NCBI GenBank assembly: GCA_907165135.1
Contig: OU015570.1
Coordinates: 682,001-746,000 of the forward strand
DNA length: 64,000 nt
Reading direction: 5' to 3'
Origin: Oikopleura dioica
Taxonomy: Eukaryota; Animalia; Chordata
A program made the position numbers and the translations under genes. The notes below the pieces were generated by a model, which had not been told where the DNA came from, made no database searches, and saw only the letters and a program-made list of their open reading frames with translations. Below are positions 47,206 through 60,394 of this stretch, one piece after another. The first letter of the stretch is position 1, and every line of letters begins with the position of its first letter.

Positions 47206-48079
47206 TATTCTCGGTGGGTGCACACTATGACCTAGTGAAGGAAATCTGTCACAAATAACGGCGGGTTATCTGGACAAAAAAATCCCGGAAGTGGTAAGCA
47301 ACCCGTTTACTAAGAATAAGTCGACTCCAGTCAAAGATTACTTCCAAACCGAATCAAGTACTTGAGCTTACCACCAAGCGACCTTATCAGCTATAAATAA
47401 TTTAAAAATATGATAAATGATTTGAGAAAAAATCGGAAAGAGGGGGGCTGGAAAATCCTTAGAATACTTAGTCGTTCGATTTTTATTTTTGAGTTTTTAT
47501 TTAAAAACAGGACTAATACGCCATATTGGACCGATACGCCATCATAAAAAGGACCAATACGCCATATAGGACGAATACGTCAAATGGACGAATACGTCAT
47601 ATGACGTATCGGTCCTACATGACGTATTCGTCCATATGACGTATTTGTCCATATGACGTATTTGTCCATATGACGTATTGGTCCTCTTCTCGACATTCAC
47701 GACATTGACGACATAGTCCGGGCCCCAAAATTTTTTATATTAGTCCTGTTCGGGCATAAGAAAAAAATTTTTAAAAAAGATTCCCAATAGCTATGCATAA
47801 AATTTTATTGAAGATAAAAGCCAAGTGTCTGTTTCATATAAACACCAATTATTGAGATTGCAGCTTATAGATTTTTTGAGATAAGGCCGTTTTAATATAG
47901 CTATAGCTAGAAAAAATATGTCATTTGAAAAGTAAAAGGCGTCGAAACTGTTCTTATTTTTATTTCTGCCTCTAAAATTTGTCGTGCATGTATTTTGAAA
48001 CCTTTACTGCAAATAACAAAGGGACAATAGTTTATCAGCATTGATAATATATTAAATTCGATTTTTTAAAGCTTTTTAA

Positions 48080-48518
48080 CCATAGCTCGAGCACTAGCGA
48101 TCACCCATTCTCGGACGCGAGCACAATTTTTGAGCTCGGCCTCTAGAGAAAATTTTAGCAAATCTAACCAATTAGAACGCATTATTTTCTTTCAAGAGGC
48201 TTCTCCTTCTGTTTTCCAAGTCTCAGAGACGACATTTCAGCCCGGTGTTGAGAGAAAATGTCTCTTTTTCACTCAAATTTCTTACAATATTGTATGTTGT
48301 AATGTTACATCTAGAGACAAAATTCGCATTTTTACGGACAATTTTACGTTTAATTCCTTAAGCAGTTGATAATTTTTTTCGGAGAAATCTGTTGTAAACG
48401 TAAAAATAGCCAAAGACTCTAAGTTTTTTTGAATTTTTTGATTATCTCAAAAATTGAAGAAAATCGTAATACAACAACTATCGCGAGCTCATAAAGTGTG
48501 CTCGCGCTCGAGATACGG
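48080..48518. mobile_element. piggyBac-like MITE (family of 61768-62099)
   Basis: TTAA both sides. Right end gtgtgctcgcgctcgagatacgg. Confidence 0.7.
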
Positions 48519-49574
48519 TTAACCAAAAATAGCCATATTTAGAGCTTTTTAGCCTCTCTAATCCCACGTTCACCACCAATGATGCTAAATTTTTGTCGGT
48601 TGGGGTTTTTGACCATGCTGAATTCGGTACTGATGAGAAAAAAAGGATTTGAGAATTTTTTTTTCTGTGTCCAACCCTATTTTACACATCATAATCTCAA
48701 ACCCTGATCATGATTTTAAGTCATTTTTTAAATATCCCTTAAAGTTTTGTCTAGCCATATCAAGATAATCTTCAGCTTTAATCTTCTTTTTTCCTCTTAT
48801 TAAAAGATCTTCGCAAACATTTTTTATTGCAGCACTCGACCAGCCTTCTGTTACTTTTGTTAAAGAGCTTTTCTCGAGATAAGATACAGTTGAGCCTTTT
48901 AAAATCTTTAAACATGACTCATGTTTAATGACTCATGTAACATGAGTGTTAAATACAGGGACTGGACTTTCGGCGACTATTTATTGGACGCAAAAGACTT
49001 GTCGGTAAACAAGGAGCTTAGAAAATGCGTGGTTTATTGAGTAAAACAGCCGGGACATGGGCGAACTGGCAGCAGAGAGAAGTGTATTTAAGAGCCGGTT
49101 GTTCATGTGAAAAATAGTTGGGCGGACAGTTTCCTCACCCATGAATGCGCGTGAGGCTGTGGGTAATGAATGGACACGTGGAAATGACTTATATGCTCAA
49201 ATACAGTGAAAACTCAAAAATTGGCCGGTTTTCAGATCCAAATTTCCGAAAAAAGCGGCCAAATTTTGAGTTTTTGCCGGGTAGCCAAGCTTCCTCTTCA
49301 AAAAGCAAAGTTTCGAAATTTTCGAATTTGGGCATGATTTTCACGTTTTTGATGAATTTTATTCAATTTTTTTGCTTGTTCTAAGTCATTTTTATCAAAA
49401 TAAAGTTATTTTAGATGATTTAAACGCTTCAAAATAGCTAAAAATGGTCAGAAAGACCATAATTTGGGTCTATTTTGATGCAAATTTTTATTTTTGAAAA
49501 AGCGGCCAATTTTTGAGTCTTTTTCAGATTCAAAATTCAGCCAATTTCGATCAAAACCGGCCAAATTTAGAGTA

Positions 49575-50295
49575 CCGTGGTTTTCCATCTTAAGAGCGCC
49601 CAACTTAAGAGCGTTTTTGCCAATATTTTCCAAATTTTGTTATCTGAGAAAATCCCAACTTTAGAGCGTTTTTAGGAATTTTTAATTAATAATTAGAATA
49701 ACGTTTATTTCAACCTGAAAAATCATTGAAAAAAATTGTTTTCTACGCTTTTTTCTCAGGTGAAATCATAGCCTCTGATTCAAAGATCGTAATTTTTTAT
49801 AATAAATAGGTAAAAATGGGTAGACGGCGGGTTCCATTCTTTGTGAAGAATGATTCTTTTTCAAAGAATGATTCTTTTTCGCAAAGAATCATTCTTTTAA
49901 GAATACCTGAAACAACGCATAAAAGACAGTCAAAAGTTCAGAAACAAAATTCTGTTTATGCAAATAACTCAGGAGCGAGTGTGCGCTTCGCGCCAGTTAT
50001 CAGGAAACTCCAGAGAGTTTGATATCCAAGAATTTTTATATATCCGAAAAACTTATTTTTACCTAATTTTCTCTAGAATATTGGAAAAAGAATGATTCTT
50101 TAAAAAGAATGGAATCCGCCGTCACCCGTAAAAATGACCTCAGATGCATTTTTAGAGTTTTGGAAAAATTCTTTTTATGTATTTTCATTCATCATTTTTT
50201 CATGTCATCCTAGTTTGATCGTAAATTTTCCAACTTAAGAGCGTTTTGGTCTACCCTTGTCATCTGAAAAACGCTCTTAAGATGGAAAACGACGG
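49575..50295. mobile_element. Tc2/pogo-like MITE (CCG termini)
   Basis: TA TSD. TIR ccgtggttttccatcttaagagcg / cgctcttaagatggaaaacgacgg. Confidence 0.75.
49818..50127. mobile_element. MITE, GGGTGACGGCGG terminal family
   Basis: 8-bp TSD gtaaaaat. Ends gggtagacggcggg / ccgccgtcaccc. Confidence 0.8.
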
Positions 50296-50342
50296 TATTT
50301 TGCTGATAATTTTCATTAAATTCTGTCTGAAAAACCTTATTA

Positions 50343-50850
50343 CAGTGTGAAGCACTTTTAAGACCGATTTTTGGATGACAGCGAATTTCAAAAGTGGCCT
50401 TAAAATGGATATTTTTTGTCCCGAGTCGGATGACAAGAAATTTTTCCCTTTTTTGGACAAAAAATATTAGAAATTTAAATCATTAACATGAACCCTGCAA
50501 TCTTCAAGCGATCATGGCTTAACACAGGACTACCCGAGAAGGTCCCGAGAAAAAGTTCTGGAGAAACACCAGGAAAAATTGGTCGACAGACAACACGTCC
50601 TTCAACATTGATTGAGAGTGTAAAAGAGCCTCAAGTTCAAGGGACAGACAATGCCGACGCTGAGAAGCCATTGACTTCAAAATGGCAGGAGACGCAGTCG
50701 AATATAACTAGCTTTTTTAAGTGAAACTTTCGGATTTTGAATAACAATTGAAAAAAGTGGCCTTAAAATGGATTTTTCTAGGATGACAGATTTTGGGGAT
50801 TTTCCGAAAAAGTGGCCTTAAAAGAGTCGGCCTTAAAAGTGCTTCACATG
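50343..50850 (+). mobile_element. Internally deleted pogo-like element with transposase C-terminal ORF 50488-50724
   Basis: TA TSD. Same TIR as 9324-10099. ORF MNPAIFKRSWLNTGL...QSNITSFFK*. Confidence 0.8.
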
Positions 50851-51936
50851 TATGAGTCGGTGAGTATACACTGTATCTTTTGATTATTGCCCGTGGTCGC
50901 GAATTCTTATCAGTAAATTTTCGGATTCCCCAATATACTCCTCCCTTCAACTTCAACCAAAAAATACACCACATAAATGGCCTTTTCCTCTTCTGGTTTG
51001 GGTAATAGATTGGAGATAATCGCGTGTCCTATCGACACCATAGTTGGAAAAAACACCCGAAAACCGCGTGCGCGTGCGTGCGCGAATTTTTAAAAAAAGT
51101 GCGTGCGTGGGCCTGCGTATTGATTTTCAGAACCCGTGTGTGGACGCGTGCGCGCACGTAAGCACCTTTTAACATAATGTTTTTCTTGTGTTTTTAGCTA
51201 AAATTTAGGTAAGTTTGATCAATTTTTGTATAAATTAAGTTAAATATTGACTTTGATTCTAAACTTTAGAATCTAAAGAAACAAGTGAAGAGCTCTTCGA
51301 AAACACCATTAAATGATTATTCTTTGTTGAGATTTTTGAGAAAATTTTTTCGGAAGGACAAAAACTCAAAATTTAGAAGAAAAAATCTCGCGTGCGAGTG
51401 CGTACGTGTTTTTTCCAACTACCGATGAAAGTAGGGGGTTGCCCTGGACTCGAGCCCGAATTAGCGACACCAAGTGTGCGTGTTTCGCTTTTTCATTAAG
51501 CGGAGGACCACGCGGAGCCTCCGCGGCGGAGGAACCCGCCAGCTGGAAGAATTCCCTTTTATGAAAAGAAAATCCTCTCACTGAACTCTCGCATTTTTGG
51601 ATTTCTTTTTCACGTGAGAGAAGGGGAACTAAAAAATTAATATATATTCGTTATGAATTTTATTTTTCGAAAAAAATCGAAAATTTTCATTTTCTTTTGA
51701 AAAGCTTTCTAAAGTGATAAAAATAATTTTAAAAACAGAATGAACTGATTTTAATTCGTCTTGGCCAAAGAAAAAGCCTAATTCGACGACTGTAAACTTA
51801 AGTAAAAAAAATTATATAAAAACCATAAAAAAATTAAAAACAGGGACAATACAAATTTTAACATCAGATGGCGGTGGGTGGGGTTGGGGACGCAACTGAG
51901 AATGATCAACTCAGTGTTCTCCCAGCCTATGTCAAG

Positions 51937-52450
51937 CAGAGTTCCAAAAAACGCAAAATTCTCGCGTGCGCGTGCGTGCGCGTGCGGAGAAATTTAGAAT
52001 TTCGCGTGCGCGTGCGTGCGCGTGCGGAGACGACTTTCGAACACGCGTGCACACGCGTGCGCACGCGTGCGTGATCGTGCGCGTGCGCAAAAGGGATAAA
52101 ATTGCCAAATCTGACCAATTTTTGGCATCTCTAATTTTTCAATCGATAATTCTAGAACAATAATTGCTAGAACCAAGTCAAAATTGTTTTCAAACATAAG
52201 AAAACCGAAAATTTTATGCATTGAAATTGACTCTAGAAATTTTTTCGGCATAAATAACATAAAAACGCCAAATTTTCTAGGATTTCGAGCACGCGCACGA
52301 TCACGCACGCGTGCGCAATCTCAATCTTCGCGTGCGCGTGCGTGCGCGTGCGCACAAATTTTCAAAATCTGCGTGCGAGTGCGTGCGCGTGCGCACGCAC
52401 GCAAACACGCGCACGCGTGCGCACGGACGCACGCGTGTTTTGGAACTCTG
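51937..52450. mobile_element. hAT-like MITE with GCGT-rich interior
   Basis: TIR cagagttccaaaa. 8-bp TSD atgtcaag. Confidence 0.85.
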
Positions 52451-52453
52451 ATG

Positions 52454-52761
52454 TCAAGCCCCTTAAATTTAAAAATCAAGGGACGGGGCTGAAACGGCCC
52501 GTAGGGCCGTCAAGCCCCTTAAATTTAAAAATCAAGGGACGGGGCTGAAACGGCCCGTAGGGCCGTCAAGCCCCTTAAATTTAAAAATCAAGGGACGGGG
52601 CTGAAACGGCCCGTAGGGCCGTCAAGCCCCTTAAATTTAAAAATCAAGGGACGGGGCTGAAACGGCCCGTAGGGCCGTCAAGCCCCTTAAATTTAAAAAT
52701 CAAGGGACGGGGCTGAAACGGCCCGTAGGGCCGTCAAGCCTCTTAAATTTAAAAATCATGG
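52454..52761 (+). repeat. Tandem array, 5.5 x 56 bp hairpin unit
   Basis: Unit tcaagccccttaaatttaaaaatcaagggacggggctgaaacggcccgtagggccg. Confidence 0.95.
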
Positions 52762-52770
52762 TCTGCTTTT

Positions 52771-53075
52771 GAGAGAGTCACCTTCAAGCTTTCTCTTGGC
52801 TCGTTCATTCCATTCGAGACTTTTTCTCAGCTTCGAGGCCGATTTCAATCGACCTGCTGTTAGAGTTTGCCCTTGGACTTGGTGAGATGGACGACCTTCT
52901 CTTCCTCATTTTGAAGATCTCCAAGAGTCTGCTGGTCGTCTTCTTGAAGAGCTTTCTTCTTCTTTTGAAGCTTGTTAGTGGCCTTGCTAACAGAGTCAAA
53001 TCCCTCGAAAACGTTCTGGGACTTGTTCTCAGTCCCATGCTTTTCTTTTTCTATCTTGGCAAGAGTCAGCTCAAG
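52771..53075 (-). pseudogene. MYH: Degenerate sarcomeric myosin heavy chain (S2 rod) fragment
   Basis: [82 protein letters not shown] matches the vertebrate MYH stretch LELTLAKVEKEKHATENK..ERAKRKLEGD, recalled from memory. Contains a stop and frameshifts. Confidence 0.9.
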
Positions 53076-53129
53076 ATAAAAGAGTAAAATTTAATCCCTA
53101 TAAATGTGGGTGTATTCATAAGTTTCCGG

Positions 53130-53190
53130 ATGAGTGGAGAGCGCGCTCGCTTAGTGAGCTGAGTGCGTTGGTTCGAATCTCCATTTTTGC
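53130..53190 (+). other. tRNA-derived (SINE-like) Pol III head, degenerate
   Basis: agtggagagcgcgctcgcttag (tRNA-Ala-like), B-box ggttcgaatc at 53170, then a T-run. Confidence 0.35.
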
Positions 53191-54073
53191 ATTTTTTTTT
53201 CACCCTGATTCGCGCGCGATCCCTTGTTTTTTATTGTAAAAACGTCATCGCACCACCAAATGTTAAAAACACCGCCAAAAATATTTTTACTCAGTTCCGC
53301 CATCGCTTTGGTCAAAAGTGAGAGAGAGGTGAGGACTTTTTGCCTGGAACAACAGCGCCAGGGGGTGGCCAAATCTCATTCCCCGTATATGGGGAATGAG
53401 ATTTTTCCCGGGCAATGCTTTACTTTCATCGGTATGATCGATACTGTTCGTAAAGCCGTATGGTAGTGGTTTTACAGAATTGCTTTTATTAGGATCACGC
53501 CGCGGGGCAAAGCAAAGCTTGCCACGCGAGCACTGCGCGTAGGTAAAAATGATGGCGCACTAGCGCTGGCGAAATAATCGACTCTAAAACGCGCGCCCTT
53601 CCTGAAAAACCAAATAATCCGTTTTAAAACGCCGCTCTTCAAATTATCCTCACGTCCTGATGCTCGAAATCCGATTAATCCGCTAAAATGGAATTATTCC
53701 TTTTCCAGTGACAAAATCCGTTGGTAACGAATTATTACGTTCATGTTCAATAAATTCGATGAAAACGATACGATCGAATAACAGCCGATAAATCAACTGG
53801 GAACCCGAAAATTTGATAAACTATAAAAACCGCTCACCATCTCTCTCACAGTCATTCTCACTTTTACGCTCATAGAGATAAGATCAAATAAATGCTCAAA
53901 AACTTTACTCTTTTTATACACAGCCAACTTTTCTCAGTTGTCTGTATATTTCTCTTGTGTTTACTTATTTGTATAGGTTGCAAACCATTACAAATTTGGT
54001 GACTGAGAAAAACGCTTCGCCCATCAAGAGATCACGATAGCAAAGAGCTGCTGTAAAGAAACATGACTCGATA

Positions 54074-54485
54074 CAGTTACATTTATGGAATTTGTGGACA
54101 TTTTTTGCCCCCTAGTTTTCTGAAAAAGGTCCACAAATTTGATACAGAGCCCCGAAAAAAATGTCCCGACAATCTTGCTTAAACTATTTTTTGAGGAGGA
54201 AAAATTGATGATTTTTTCAAAAAATAATAAGAAAAAGAACACAAAAAGGAAGCTTGAGACGTAAATCTTAATAAAAATTAAAATTTTTGACGAAAAACAG
54301 CTCTTTGCATATAAAATTGGCTTCATAAACCAAAGTTTGACCATTTATTGAGAAGTCGAAGATTTCAATTGACAAAAAATGTCCACAAATTTGATACCCT
54401 TTCTTTTTAAATGAGTCCCAAGAAATCCCCTTAAAATCTAAAAAATCTTCACAAATTTGATGTCCAAAAATTCCATAAAAAACTG
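54074..54485. mobile_element. Tc1/mariner-type MITE in the 4th codon of E4 gag
   Basis: TA TSD. TIR cagttacatttatggaattt / aaattccataaaaaactg. E1 has the empty site. Confidence 0.85.
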
Positions 54486-57400
54486 TATTTCAAACTTGCT
54501 GCTGATCTGAACAGACAAGAATTGCTCAAGATCTACGACCATGTTTCTAATCAAACGTATCCTCCACAGCTTCCTATCACAGATAAGTCATCAATTGTTC
54601 TGAATATCCACAAGTTGGATGGGGAGTTTTTCGCCGAAAATCGTAAGTTCGTATTCAACGAGGGAGGTGAATTCACAAACTACCTCCATGATGATGACGG
54701 AAGTGACGAGGTAGATCAGAAGTTCGCTAAGAGGCATCACAAGATGGAGATCAGGCAAATCCTGGCATCCGCTCAAGCCACAACACTTGCCGAGCTCATG
54801 ATCTCCATGAAAATGGAAGAAGCCACTGACAATGAAAGCTCGGAAGAATCTCTTCCAGACTCTTTTGACTGGAGTGAACTTGATGAAACGGTTCGACAGA
54901 ATCAACGATCAGCTCCGAAGAATGAACCGAAAATCAAGAAAGAAACTCCTGATCAAAACCACAAAAAGGAGGGAGAAGTTCCAAAGGTTCCAAAACAACG
55001 GTCAAGATCCCGACACGAACCAAAAAAAGGCGATAACTTCAAGATCAAGACTCCGAAGTTTGACCCCTCGGTGCCCATACAAAATTGGTAAAAATCAATG
55101 GAAATCTACAAGTTCTGCAACGGCCTCACAGAAGAAAATCTGATCCAAGTCAGCCTCGCTCAGCTTTTGACAGAAGAGATCGGAAGCGCACTGATCGAAT
55201 CAATCTCAGCTGAAGAGCTCAAAAGCTGGAAAGCCTTCATAAACAAGCTCACTCTGGTCCTCGGCAAAGACTCGGAACATTTTAAGTTCCAGTACAACAA
55301 TTTTCAAAGAAGAAGTGAATCACAGTTCATGGCTTTAAGCAAATTGATTTGCTATTTTAAAAAAGGATACGGCAAAGATACATTGGATCCAGCTGACGAA
55401 AGTATAATTTGCGAAAGGTTCATCAACACTCAAGAACCGCGACTATGCGAGCTGCTCAGAAGAGAGAAATCCTTGCTCACCCTCAAAAACATCGCTCAAC
55501 GCAGCACTGAACTTGAAAGATCGTTCCTTAAGAAAGAAACTGTATTCACTGCAGAAGAATCCTCACCGACACAAAGCTCTGAAGTTTCAATGCTCTGCTC
55601 AAAATTGAAAGAGATCGTGTCATCTGCAATCAAAAAGGATCAACCAAAGCCAAAGGAGCCAAAGCGAAAGAGGAACAGAATAGATACTTCGAATATCGAT
55701 GGATTCTGTATCAGCTTTGTCAAACGAGGATCATGTAAATTCGGCTCGAAGTGCAAGTACATCCACTCCGACGACGTACCAGCTCACGTAAAGAAATTGA
55801 TCAAAAGCGAGGAATGGCTATCAAAGGTCACCGAAACGTGTAAATTTGCTCAATTTGCACCGACCTCGCTCAAATATGTCAAGATCATGCTCCACGGACT
55901 AACCTTTCCCGCTCTTATTGACACCGGATGTAGCCGAACTTGCTTTCGCTCCGATGTAATCGACCTACTTCCAGCTCAAGTCAACGAACAAACACCCTCT
56001 CATATACGGCTCAAGTGTGCGAATTCAGAAATCGTTTAAGTCAGTACGCTCAGCTCAACGATCGAAACAAACCTGATAAGAAATGGATCGCCACTCAAGA
56101 TCAAACTCAACCCGCTCATTGTTTAAAATCTCTCGTGCCCGATCATTCTTGGCATGGATACGCTCAAGCAAGTAACGATTGGAGAAATGACTCTCCAAGG
56201 AAAATCTATCCCCACGATCAATCCGAATTCCTCAGATCTGCTTCTTACAGGAATTATAGAGGTGGATAGAAAATCTGGCTCTGAAAAGGAGGAATACGAT
56301 CAGTTCCTCCAAAAACGTTCACAAGCCGCCGAAAGGATCAATTTCAAACCCGACATCGGATCATACGGGTCAGCAAACAATGTTCAAAAGACTCAATTGG
56401 ATGAGCTTGTTTACAAATATCGGCTTAGCTTCTCAATGGACTCGGACGATCTTGGACGACTGTTTGGATTTCGTTACACCCTTCCGCTCTACGATGAATC
56501 CAAAACTTCTCACCAGCCTCCAAGACCAATACCAATTCACTCTCAAGATCAAGTCGATGAAGCGATGACGAAATGGAAACAGCTCAAAGTCATTCAGAAA
56601 ACTCACAACATTCCTTTGATCATCCTTCGAAAACCTGATCAAACAATTCGAATCAGTCTCGACGCTCGAGGAATCAATTCACTTCTAATCAAAGATCGTT
56701 TTCCGCTCCCACACATGCAAACAGTCTTCACAATGATCGGCAAACGCCGAAGTGAAGGCAAAGAATGTTTCATCAGCTCAGTAGACTTTCTCCGAGGCTA
56801 TTGGCAAGTCCTGATCAATGAAAGTGATGCTCACAAAATGGCCTTCTCATACAACAACGAACACTTCCAAGCAAACAGAATGCTTTATGGCTCTTGCAAT
56901 GCACCTGCTGCATTTAGTCGCATCATGATGACGCTAATGAACCACTCATCAATCACGCTCTACATTGATGATCTCGTCATCATTGACTCCAGCTGGGAAG
57001 AACATCTCAACTCGCTCGAGTTTGTCTTCAAAACGTGCTTGGATTATGGGCTCATACTAAGTGCGAAAAAGTGCCAGCTCGCAAGTTATGAGATCGACTT
57101 TCTTGGACATCGCGTGACCGCCTCTGGAATCAAACCTCTCAAGAAACATATCGAAGCAATCGAGAAGATGAATCCTCCTGAGACAAAAGCCGAACTCAAG
57201 AGATACCTTGGAATCATCTATTTCAATATAAAGTATATTGAAAAAGGAAGTGAGATCCTTGCTCCGCTCTACAGACTCACCTCCGCAAAGGTAGATTACC
57301 AATGGACTGAGACGCATCAAAAGGCATTCGAAACGATCAAAGACAAACTTCTGAAGGAACCGACCCTAGCTCACTTCAAACTTGGATCAAAGCTCGTCCT

Positions 57401-58311
57401 TGTGACAGATTCCTCAGGATTCGCGGTCGGTGGAACCCTTTATCAAATCCAAAATGGCTCGCTCGCTGCACTTGGATACTTCAGTAAACAACTTCAAGTG
57501 CCCGATCTGAAACGGCCGATGCGTATCAAAGAGTTGTTTGCGCTCTGTTGGGGTATCCAGTTCTTCGAATACTATTTTCTCAACACTGAATTCGATGCGT
57601 ACGTCCATCATAAATCACTGTTCTACTTGTTCCGAGAAGCTCGACAGTCAAAGCTCGACATAAAATTGTGCAATGTTTACAATTATCTTCTCGGATTCAA
57701 CTTCAACATCATTCATAAAAGTGGAACTAGTCCGGAAATTGCTTCAGCTGACTACTTCTCACGCCTTCCAACTTGGAAGGCTTCCAAGATCAAAAAGCTC
57801 CGACTTGGAGGATGAAGCAAAAGATTTCTTTGATGTCGCTGAGACGATATTTGCAGTCCACTCTCTCGCTCAAGATGAAGTTCTATTTTCTTTTGAAAAT
57901 CGTTCGTTAACTTCAAAAGAAATGGCTCTTGCTCAACGATCCTGCTCAAAGACGAAAAATCTCATTGTCAAATCAGAAATCAACAATTCTTCGAAACAAT
58001 TCAAGCTCAAAGACAATGTGTTCTTCTCAAATGATCGGCTCGTTCTGCCAAGTTCTCTTGCTGATGAATTTATTCAATATCTGCATACGATCACGGCTCA
58101 TGCTGGGAGTCAACAGCTCATGCAGATGCTCAAGAAGTTCTTCATAAGCAATGTTGAGCAAAAGTTCGCTCAATTACAAGTTCGTGCGAAACTTGTATCC
58201 GACTCAAACCGCTCAAGAGTCTTCGACCATCGCTCTTCAAAGACCGACAATTTGCTCAACTACCTTTCGAAAAAGTCTTCATTGATCTCGTAGACTATGG
58301 ACGACCGGATG

Positions 58312-59951
58312 GATGTCGAGCATAATGCTCCGAACTCTTCTCGCATGAGGGCGCAAGGTGCGCGGAGGACTCTGAGTCCTCCGAACTTTGCGAGTCCAGG
58401 GAGAACTGATGAATTTGCGATAAGCCCTAAATACGAATCGCCCTAAATACGAATCGAGCGTTACACCTGGGGCAGCACAGCAGGGGCCGAGGGGATAATT
58501 TTGTGTTTATTATCAATTCTAGAGGCGAGTAAGAGTGATAGCGTTGTTTCTTTATTAATATTTCAATTTAAAAGCCAGGGACGGGGCTGAGACGGCCCGA
58601 AGGGCCGTCAAGCCCATTTCAATTTAAAAGCCAGGGACGGGGCTGAGACGGCCCGAAGGGCCGTCAAGCCCATTTCAATTTAAAAGCCAGGGACGGGGCT
58701 GACTGAATTTAATAAGCGGAAGATCTTAGTCGTCCAGGAATTGATTCCAAGCAAAAAAGTCCTCCGGAGGACTAATTATGACTCAAACTCAGTCACGTGA
58801 TCAAGTTAACGCAATTTTTCGAGGAAAATCGGAATGAAAAAAAAGTGTCATTGCCGGGATTCGAACACCCCTAGAGAGCCAACTCACAGAGTTTGGACAA
58901 ATAATTAGCTCTAGAATTTTTTGCACACAAGTGCACAAAGTGATTTTATAAGTTTATGAAAGCATTTTTTCTGTAGATTAAGATTATCTTTGATTCAGGC
59001 TTGAGGAAGGTTGAGATCAAAAGTTATCGTGAAAAAACTGTAATCTTCATGAGAAAATTGGCGTTTATGATGGAAAACAGCGTTTTTATAATTTATAATT
59101 ATTGAATTAAATGTTTTTCATTATGTGTTCTATATATTTACATCGATTCAAATTAGTTTTCTAAACTTTTAATTTTGCTCATTTTTTCACTGTTCACCCC
59201 CTACATATATGCCATATATATATTAGAAGAAAGCTCTTTTCGAGCAGAATATGGATTTTACGGAAAAAATTGAAGGAAAACAAGCGTATAAAATAGGATC
59301 AAAAGCCCTTCTCGCTTAAGTGTCGGAGATTTTTAGAAGTGAAAGCCATATTTTTCCCAAACTTAACACTATTTCCCTCATTTTGTGATCGATGATAAGT
59401 ATTCCTTGATTGGTGAAGCCCTAAAAATAAAAATAAGACCCAAAATCTCGTGCCCCTATTTAACCAATTTCAAATCCAACTTCAATTGGACAAGGTTCCA
59501 AATTGGATTCCGATCCAATTGTGCCACCCTGAGCCTTAGAGTTATGCTTTATAAACCTTATCATCAAAATTTAATTATTTTGACCCATTATTAAGATTCA
59601 GCGCAAAATTTCACCCTAAAATAGATGTTTTAGTTTATAAATAATTTCAAAAAATTGAGCGTGTAAAATCAGTTTAGCGTAATTAAGCTCATTCAGGGGT
59701 ACTACGCGATCAGAAATGATAGCGGTGTTTGAACAGAGATTGGCACACTTCACGCTGGGATGAGGTGGCTTCGCGCTCCCTTCCTTACTTGCTCACCCGG
59801 TGTGTACTCTCCGGAGGTTCTCCCTCGGCGCTCCTCAGCGCACTCTCCTCCGGCTCCCTGCAAAGAGCGCTCTTCAAGGTCTTTTCCGCTCTTCCACCTC
59901 TTTTCTGAGCGCCCTCTGGCGGATGGAGTTCGGAGCATTATGCTTTTACCC
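58312..59951. mobile_element. MULE-like non-autonomous element inside E4 integrase
   Basis: 10-bp duplication cgaccggatg (58302-58311, 59952-59961). TIR core agcataatgctccgaactc. Confidence 0.8.
58561..58700 (+). repeat. Tandem array, ~2.5 x 56 bp hairpin unit
   Basis: Unit tcaagcccatttcaatttaaaagccagggacggggctgagacggcccgaagggccg. Confidence 0.9.
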
Positions 59952-60394
59952 CGACCGGATGCTCAAGGTAAACGATACCTGCTCACATGCGTCGACAGTC
60001 TCACCAGATACTTGGACGGTGAGCCCCTCTCAAACAAATCCGACAACCTGGTCGCCCGAGCTCTTCTACGAATCATCCTTCGCCATGGAGTTTCTCAAAA
60101 TTGCATCTCAGACAATGGCAGAGAATTCGGACCAAAAACAAGATCAATCCTTAATCGGTTCGAAATTCGACACATCACCACAACTGCTTATTACTCAAGA
60201 TCAAATGGAAAATGCGAAAGAATCCACCGTGAACTCCATCAAAAGCTCAAAACCCAGCTCGCTACAAATTGCTCATGGTCTGAATTTTGGCCGCTCGCTC
60301 AATACTTCATCAATACTTCGCCAAAAGGAAGCCTTGATGGATTGTCAAGCAATCAGTGTGTATTCGGACGACAATTTTTGACAAATTTTTTGAC

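Larger units (their letters stand above)
43543..47691. mobile_element. MULE/foldback-like element with ggac(g/c)aatacgtcatat subterminal arrays
   Basis: 9-bp TSD gacattcac (43534-43542, 47692-47700). Palindromic ~17-bp repeat arrays at both ends. Confidence 0.8.
43179..47727. mobile_element. Outer MULE-like TIR element
   Basis: TIR ..cccggactatgtcgtcaatgtcgt. 9-bp flank gaaattttt/aaaattttt. Right TIR interrupted by 43543-47691. Confidence 0.65.
51422..53432. mobile_element. TA-TSD TIR element (CCGATGAAAGTA ends) carrying cargo
   Basis: Inserted at the TA of ccaacTAtg; empty site visible at 60893-60900. Short TIR ccgatgaaagta..ttgccc. Confidence 0.8.
51039..53436. mobile_element. P/hAT-like MITE (CATAGTTGG TIR), right TIR interrupted by 51422-53432
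   Basis: 8-bp TSD atcga(c/t)ac. Uninterrupted duplicate at 60519-60900. Confidence 0.75.
54063..60385 (+). pseudogene. gag-pol: E4 gag-pol including the integrase core that E1 lacks
   Basis: CCCH finger, ALIDTG, LYIDD, H..H Zn finger, FIDLVD (58280), CISDNGREF and SNGKCERIH (59952-60385). Confidence 0.9.
53462..60390 (+). mobile_element. E4: second copy of the E1 family, 3'-truncated, with two nested insertions
   Basis: LTR 53462-53992. PBS tggtgactgag at 53998. gag-pol highly similar to E1. Integrase split at GRPD|AQGKRYLL. Confidence 0.9.

Noticed and set aside
51927-52548. Arg/Ala/Cys-rich ORFs
   Set aside because: Produced by GCGT/GCAC microsatellite inside a hAT MITE.
58845-58870. tRNA gene (minus-strand gttcgaatcccgg B-box)
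   Set aside because: Only a T-arm-like fragment, with no A-box or cloverleaf.
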